DNA of 60,463 nt, the filler included. It is 7 parts of 7 records of this genome, joined end to end, with 100 filler letters (N's around TTAATTAATTAA, not from the genome) between each part and the next. Parts side by side here need not be neighbours in the genome. Positions count along the whole stretch, not along the records: positions 55,038 to 60,463 come from SRR31156797_57993; 6 more parts are not named here. One strand, given 5' to 3'. The notes below the pieces were generated by a model. It saw only the letters and a list, made by a program, of their open reading frames with translations. It did not search any database and was not told the DNA's origin. Numbering within the stretch: position 1 is the stretch's first letter; each line of letters opens with the position of its first letter. Positions 55,038 through 60,463 of this stretch are shown here, one piece after another. A program made the translations under genes and the position numbers.

Positions 55038-56171
55038 GGTGTTGAGGCACAATTGATATCTCTTTCAGATACAGAAATAAAATTTGTTGTTCCCGATACT
55101 GAATCAGGAATGATAGTTTTACATATAGGACCCCAAGAAATAGATGTTACGTATTATTTGATTGGAATAGAAAAACTTACGGGTACCGTTATAGGGCATG
55201 AAGGTTCATGGGGGGATAATCCTGCAACCTATAGGGAGGCCGCTTTAGATGGTGATATTTCGACCTTTGTTGATGCGGCAAGTAAAACAGGTTATGTAGG
55301 TTATGATTTCGGAATTGATGTTACAGCCAATTTAACACTGTTACGGTACGTTGCACGCACATCTCATCCACAGCGCATGATTGGTGGCGAGATACGTGGC
55401 TCTAACGATCCTACTTTAGCAGATTATACTACGTTGTATACGATAGAAGAGGAACCAGAAACGGAGGTTTACATTGATGTTCAAATCAAAACAGATAAAA
55501 GTTATCGTTACATCTATTATTACTCATCTGATGGTTACTGTAATTTGAGTGAACTGGAACTTTATGGTGTGGTAACAGTGAATCCCGACATAACAAGTTT
55601 CGTTTTCTCCAATACGGGTAATATAGTAGATGATAATACTGGTGGTGGCTTTGTTCGTGGAGACGATGGAGATGGTCGTTGGGGTACACTTGCTGAACCA
55701 TGGATTTCTAATGCAGCAGCTTCAAATAAAGATGATGGTACTGGAGGTTGGGCTAAAGAAGCATGGAATGGTACTCCCGGATATATGAATTGGGAAACAT
55801 GGGGAAATACACCTGTTGTTGACGGTATAATTTATCAACCAAGTTCACAACCACTTCCCGCTGGTAGTTATACCGTTTCGTATAGTTACTACTCTGAAGT
55901 TCAAACAAATTCAACAGTTCATATGGTGGTTTCAGCAGGTGGTGACGGTATTCCTGTGCTTAGCGATCTAGAAACGGCTTTAGGTTATGGAGCTCTTTAT
56001 AATGGGGCTGAAGTTGGTACTACTGCACCCAGTGAGGCTGGTGTTGCAAGTTTCAATTTTACTCTAGAATCTTCGCAAGTTGTTTCGCTTGGTATTCTGG
56101 GTAATCTGGAAGGAAGAGAAACAAAAGGTAATTATTTCATAATTAAATGGATTAAAATAGAAAAGAATTAG
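55038..56171 (+). CDS. PUL-associated surface glycan-binding-like protein (IPT/TIG end, discoidin-like domain, C-terminal beta domain), 5' truncated
   Basis: SDTEIKFVVP (IPT); AALDGDISTF...SYRYIYY...CNLSELELYG (F5/8-like); GRWGTLAEPWISN. Confidence 0.65.
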   Translation, partial: GVEAQLISLSDTEIKFVVPDTESGMIVLHIGPQEIDVTYYLIGIEKLTGTVIGHEGSWGDNPATYREAALDGDISTFVDAASKTGYVGYDFGIDVTANLTLLRYVARTSHPQRMIGGEIRGSNDPTLADYTTLYTIEEEPETEVYIDVQIKTDKSYRYIYYYSSDGYCNLSELELYGVVTVNPDITSFVFSNTGNIVDDNTGGGFVRGDDGDGRWGTLAEPWISNAAASNKDDGTGGWAKEAWNGTPGYMNWETWGNTPVVDGIIYQPSSQPLPAGSYTVSYSYYSEVQTNSTVHMVVSAGGDGIPVLSDLETALGYGALYNGAEVGTTAPSEAGVASFNFTLESSQVVSLGILGNLEGRETKGNYFIIKWIKIEKN

Positions 56172-56185
56172 ATCTTTTTTAATAC

Positions 56186-56219
56186 ATGCAGGGACTGTTT
56201 TTATGGTCCCTGCATTTTC
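56186..56219 (+). terminator. Rho-independent terminator
   Basis: atgcagggac...gtccctgcat followed by T-tract. Confidence 0.7.
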
Positions 56220-56403
56220 ATCCACCTTATATTTATGAAAATCATTACTATTTTGCTGTTGGTTTAAAGTGCAGGTAATTAGGGTATTATTCTGTTGTTT
56301 TAAAATAGGTGGTAACCATTGAATGAAACTAGAAACTGATTTCAATATAAAAATATCATAAAACGTTTCATTTTTTATTATTGAAATAACTAATTCTATT
56401 AAT

Positions 56404-57663
56404 ATGTATATTTTAAAAAAAGGGAGTTACCTTTTAATTCTTTTGGGGTTATTGATGGTAAAATGTAACAGTGAAGAAGGAACAATTTCTGAAGAAGAAG
56501 ATACCCCGATTGTTGAAGAGGAAGAAGAATTTACGATTGATCAAAGCAAAACTTTTGTTCACCCGGGAATGCTACATACACAGAGTGATTTTGACCGGAT
56601 CAAATCGAAGGTTGATGCCGGGGCTGAACCCTGGTTGGCTGGCTGGAACATGCTGATTAATAATTCTCATGCCAGCCTGGATTATAATCCCAACCCTACG
56701 GTAAAACTCATTAGAGGAGGAAATTCGAGGGAAGAGCCCCAAGGTGATAATTATGGTCGTGCCATGAATGATGTGGCAGCAGCTTATCAGTGTGCTATAC
56801 GTTGGAAAGTTTCAGGCAATGCTGCATATGCCGATAAGGCAGTTGAAATTTTAAATGCGTGGTCATCTACCTGTGAGACGATCAGCGGCAACTCTAATAT
56901 TATGTTAGCGTCAGGCCTTTATGGTTATCAGTTTGCCAATGCTGCTGAAATAATGAGAGATTATGAAGGTTGGGCCAATGCCGATTTTGAAGCTTTTAAA
57001 CAATGGTTGTTAGATGTATTTTATCCACTTAGTTCCGATTTTCTGGTTCGGCACAATGGTACTTGTATTAGCCATTACTGGGCGAACTGGGATTTAGCCA
57101 ACCTGGCAAATATTATGGCAGTTGGCATTTTAACCGATAGTGCTGCAATCTATAACGAAGCCCTTGAATACTTAATTAACGGAGAAGGGAATGGCCGGTT
57201 AAAGAATGCTATCTATTATGTTCATGATGATAAGTTAGCGCAGTTGCAGGAGAGTGGTCGCGATCAGGGACATTCACTTCTATGTATCGGATTACTAGGT
57301 ATAATTTGTGAGATGGCTTGGAATCAGGGAGATGATTTGTATGGTTACGACGATAATCGGGTATTAAAAGGTGCAGAGTACACAGCAAAATACAATTTCG
57401 CAAATTTAAGTGTTCCTTTCGAACCTTATAACAACTGCGAGAATTGGGCTTCTGATGAGATAAGTGATGCCGGGCGTGGAGGATACCGTCCAATTTGGGA
57501 AAGGATTTACAATCACTATGTCGTGAATCAAGGACTTATTGCTCCTTATATTGAGATAGCAGCCCGGGTACACCGTCCAGAAGGAGGGGGTGGTGATTAT
57601 GGAGGTAACAGTGGAGGTTTTGACCAACTCGGATTTGGAACACTCCTTTATACTTTGGATTAG
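56404..57663 (+). CDS. Alginate-lyase-family (alpha/alpha-toroid) polysaccharide lyase, probable lipoprotein
   Basis: FVHPGMLH, YADKAVEILNAW, ANWDL, QESGRDQGH, YTAKYN, DQLGFGTL. Confidence 0.85.
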   Translation: MYILKKGSYLLILLGLLMVKCNSEEGTISEEEDTPIVEEEEEFTIDQSKTFVHPGMLHTQSDFDRIKSKVDAGAEPWLAGWNMLINNSHASLDYNPNPTVKLIRGGNSREEPQGDNYGRAMNDVAAAYQCAIRWKVSGNAAYADKAVEILNAWSSTCETISGNSNIMLASGLYGYQFANAAEIMRDYEGWANADFEAFKQWLLDVFYPLSSDFLVRHNGTCISHYWANWDLANLANIMAVGILTDSAAIYNEALEYLINGEGNGRLKNAIYYVHDDKLAQLQESGRDQGHSLLCIGLLGIICEMAWNQGDDLYGYDDNRVLKGAEYTAKYNFANLSVPFEPYNNCENWASDEISDAGRGGYRPIWERIYNHYVVNQGLIAPYIEIAARVHRPEGGGGDYGGNSGGFDQLGFGTLLYTLD

Positions 57664-57782
57664 TATAATATTAATGGTTTAATTATAGAATTTAGTTTAA
57701 ATATTTTATAACGAGAAAATTTGGACAGTGTAGTTATGTTAACAGGCAAAATTGTCATACGCCTGGTAATTTGGTTAGTTTT

Positions 57783-57818
57783 AAAAGAGGCATCCTAATT
57801 ATATGGATGCCCTCTTTT
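57783..57818 (+). terminator. Rho-independent terminator
   Basis: aaaagaggcatcc...ggatgccctctttt inverted repeat. Confidence 0.7.
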
Positions 57819-57892
57819 AAAAAATAAAGAACTAACTTAAAAATAAAATTTAGCTTAAAACAACACCAACTCCAGATAAAAGCAGTCATAAA

Positions 57893-59098
57893 ATGATAAG
57901 AAAGTTAGTAATAGGATCTTTTTTTGGGTTTATGTTTTATGCATGTCTATCACCAAAAACCAATGAGGATAAGTTTAATACTCAGGAGATATTGGAATAT
58001 GCAGTAAAAAAAACCAATGAGACGATAGCAAGTCTGTCGGCTTTAGATAGTTTGCCAAGAAATATTTATACCATTCAAACAGATTGGAATAAAGTAGGTA
58101 TTAATGATTGGACAAGTGGTTTTTGGCCGGGTATCTTGTGGTATGCTTATGAAGTGTCTGGAGATCAGGGAATTTTAAGAAGTGCAAAAGAATATACGGA
58201 GACATTAACTGGGGTATTGAATGTTCCTGTAGATAATCATGATCTGGGATTTATGTTATATTGTAGTTTTGGAAACGGCTACCGTTTAACACAAGATTCT
58301 GCCTATCATGATTTTTTATTGGTAGCAGCAGATTCGTTGGCAACACTTTATAATCCAAAGGTAGGGACGATACTATCGTGGCCGGCAATGCGTGAAAGAA
58401 TGAACTGGCCGCATAATACGATTATCGATAACATGATAAACCTTGAACTATTGTTCTGGGCTTCGAAAAATGGTGGGAGTAAAGACCTTTACGACATGGC
58501 TGTGAAACATGCTGAAACCTCAATGACAACATTGGTACGTCCGGATTATTCTACTTATCATGTAGCGGTTTTTGATACCATCGATGGACATTTCATTAAA
58601 GGAGTAACTCATCAAGGCTACAGCGATAACTCTTTATGGGCCCGCGGTCAAGGATGGGGAATTTATGGGTATACTATGACCTATCGTGAGACTGGAGATA
58701 AACGTTTTTTGAATACGGCTAAAAAACTTGCTGATAAGTTTCTGGAACGTTTACCAGAGGATGGTATTCCTTATTGGGATTTTGATGACCCCAAAATTCC
58801 AAATGCACCCAAGGATGCTTCTGCCGCGGCAGTTGCAGCTTCAGGCTTGCTTGAACTTTCAACATTTGTAAAAGATCAAGCTATAAAAACAAAATACAAA
58901 GATGCAGCGATTAGCATGCTCAATATATTGTCATCTGATGTATATTTATCCAATAGCGTAAATCAGGCTTTTTTATTACACTCAACTGGGCATCTCCCAC
59001 ATGGTAGTGAAATCGATGCATCGATTATTTATGCGGATTATTACTTTCTGGAAGCTTTATTGCGCCTAAAAAAATTAAATAATGGAAAGGAGTTATAA
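57893..59098 (+). CDS. GH88 unsaturated glucuronyl hydrolase
   Basis: WTSGFWPG, HDLGF, IIDNMINL, THQGY...WARGQGW, YWDF, DASA, YADYYFLEAL. Confidence 0.92.
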   Translation: MIRKLVIGSFFGFMFYACLSPKTNEDKFNTQEILEYAVKKTNETIASLSALDSLPRNIYTIQTDWNKVGINDWTSGFWPGILWYAYEVSGDQGILRSAKEYTETLTGVLNVPVDNHDLGFMLYCSFGNGYRLTQDSAYHDFLLVAADSLATLYNPKVGTILSWPAMRERMNWPHNTIIDNMINLELLFWASKNGGSKDLYDMAVKHAETSMTTLVRPDYSTYHVAVFDTIDGHFIKGVTHQGYSDNSLWARGQGWGIYGYTMTYRETGDKRFLNTAKKLADKFLERLPEDGIPYWDFDDPKIPNAPKDASAAAVAASGLLELSTFVKDQAIKTKYKDAAISMLNILSSDVYLSNSVNQAFLLHSTGHLPHGSEIDASIIYADYYFLEALLRLKKLNNGKEL

Positions 59099-59272
59099 TT
59101 ATCCTCTTCCCTTTAAACTATAAATTGAATAATTATGGTCAACTCATGTGTTTCGTACAGATAAGATTAACTTCTACTTCAGCTGTTTTTATTACAAAAA
59201 AACAGCAGGTAGGTTGCATCTTTTTGCCAAGAAGTATGAGGATGGAAGAGGCTTGGAAATAAAACTTGTGGA

Positions 59273-60463
59273 ATGAGAAGAAACTGGTCAATAGCACTAA
59301 TTTGTTGTATTTTACTTGCTTGTTCAGAGCAGAAAAAAAATGATTTTCCTGTACCGTACAATTTCTCTCCTCTACATCAACTTATTCAAGGATGGGTTGA
59401 TAGTTCTTATTATGATGGTGCCGGATTGGTCTTGTTTCGCGATAACGAAGCAATTTTGGATACCTGCTATGGCGAGCATACTGCGGAAACACAGGTGTAT
59501 ATTGCTTCAGCAGGAAAATGGCTTGCCGCAGCAACTGTTGCTGCAGTCGTAGACGAAGGTCTGCTTTCATGGGATGATCAGGTAAAAAAGTGGATACCTG
59601 AGATTACAGATGCTAAAGGTAATGCTACGCTGCGTCAATTGTTTTCGCATACTTCAGGCTATCCCGATTATCAACCCCGGGATGTTCCAAAAGATGATTA
59701 TCAAACTTTAGAAGAATCTGTTACGCATGTTGTAAAACTTTCGGCTGATACAGTTCCAGGAACCCGTTTCCGATACGGTGGACTAGCCATGCAGGTAGCC
59801 GGAAGAATGGCCGAATTGGCAAGCGGGAAGAATTGGGAATCCATTTTTCAAGATAAAATTGCTCTGCCTCTGGGCATGAAGAATACACATTTTACACCAG
59901 TAGATTCGATTCAAGGACATAGCCCAATGTTAGGAGGAGGTGCACGGTCAACATTGCACGATTATGCTTACTTCCTTCATATGATATTCAACAATGGGAT
60001 GTATAAAGGAAAAAGAGTTTTATCGGAAGCAGCTATTTCAGAAATGCAGGCTGATCAGGTTAAAAATGCCGTAATTATTAAACCCGAATATGTTGAAAGG
60101 ATTCGGGCGGAATTCCACCATGGAATATATGGGCTTGGTGAGTGGCGGGAAGAACTCGATTCTGCCGGGAATGCAGTATTAATTAGTAGTCCAGGCTGGG
60201 CTGGGGCATATCCATGGATTGATAAAACGACCAATACTTATGGATTTTTTATAGCGCATGTTAATGTCGAAAAAGCCGATAAGGATGGATTATCATCTTT
60301 TTATAGCAGTCCGGTATTGCCCTTTGTAGTGCGCGACATTTATAAAGAAGCAGCATTGCCCGATACGGTAAAAAAAGGATATATACCGGTTGACAATGGA
60401 AAAATTTATTACCAGGAAGCAGGTACAGGTGAGCCCTTAATTTTTATTCACGGGCATTCTTTC
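59273..60463 (+). CDS. Serine hydrolase (beta-lactamase/PBP fold) fused to an alpha/beta-hydrolase, lipoprotein, 3' truncated
   Basis: Not in the ORF track. Manual translation MRRNWSIALICCILLAC...YIASAGKW (SxxK)...LRQLFSHTSG...FRYGG...SSPGWAG..., continuing in frame into GKIYYQEAGTGEPLIFIHGHSF. Confidence 0.85.
   Translation, partial: MRRNWSIALICCILLACSEQKKNDFPVPYNFSPLHQLIQGWVDSSYYDGAGLVLFRDNEAILDTCYGEHTAETQVYIASAGKWLAAATVAAVVDEGLLSWDDQVKKWIPEITDAKGNATLRQLFSHTSGYPDYQPRDVPKDDYQTLEESVTHVVKLSADTVPGTRFRYGGLAMQVAGRMAELASGKNWESIFQDKIALPLGMKNTHFTPVDSIQGHSPMLGGGARSTLHDYAYFLHMIFNNGMYKGKRVLSEAAISEMQADQVKNAVIIKPEYVERIRAEFHHGIYGLGEWREELDSAGNAVLISSPGWAGAYPWIDKTTNTYGFFIAHVNVEKADKDGLSSFYSSPVLPFVVRDIYKEAALPDTVKKGYIPVDNGKIYYQEAGTGEPLIFIHGHSF

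Noticed and set aside
59273-60463. Beta-lactamase resistance gene
   Set aside because: Only SxxK is kept; the YxN and KTG motifs are replaced, and the PUL context favours an esterase.
1-60463. CRISPR arrays, tRNA/rRNA, phage or anti-phage defence genes
   Set aside because: No regularly spaced repeats, cloverleaf patterns or recognisable defence or phage motifs were seen by eye; dedicated scans were not run.

Overview
The window is not one genomic locus. It is seven unrelated contig pieces joined by six identical 100-nt artificial linkers (N44-TTAATTAATTAA-N44, stops in all six frames). (1) 1-13564, GC-rich and alphaproteobacterial-looking: TRAP transporter, GntR regulator and enolase-superfamily dehydratase, plus a YkgJ-type Cys-cluster protein, MFS, UPF0182, DMT transporter and two tandem paralogous sensor kinases. 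(2) 13665-19452, Desulfobacteraceae-like: MMPL/RND protein, DUF4198, a chimeric gene relic, a TonB-dependent receptor and lepB. (3) 19553-31755, alphaproteobacterial-looking: an internally deleted IS6, an operon of Zn-dehydrogenase, SorC-type regulator, deoC and ALDH16-like gene, an SDR and a divergent sugar ABC transporter. (4) 31856-40373, Desulfovibrionaceae-like: PpiD/SurA, aconitase with a structured 5' leader, a degenerate chorismate-mutase/AroA-fold fusion, a glycine-zipper lipoprotein, fluoride riboswitch-crcB-DUF190 and the 3' end of sat. (5) 40474-48559: sigma54-driven RND pair, HD-GYP response regulator and hybrid kinase. (6) 48660-54937: M18 aminopeptidase, 5'-nucleotidase, an atypical NlpC/P60 lipoprotein and a metallophosphoesterase-PQQ propeller. 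(7) 55038-60463, Bacteroidota-like polysaccharide-utilisation fragment: lyase, GH88 and a serine-hydrolase/alpha-beta-hydrolase fusion. No CRISPR array, rRNA or tRNA was seen. The best novelty candidates are the catalytically degenerate AroA-fold fusion upstream of aconitase, the three-way-junction RNA in the aconitase leader, the deoC operon with an alditol-phosphate-type dehydrogenase, and the NlpC/P60 lipoprotein with a large insertion. Taxonomic labels and family calls come from motif recognition by eye, not from database searches.
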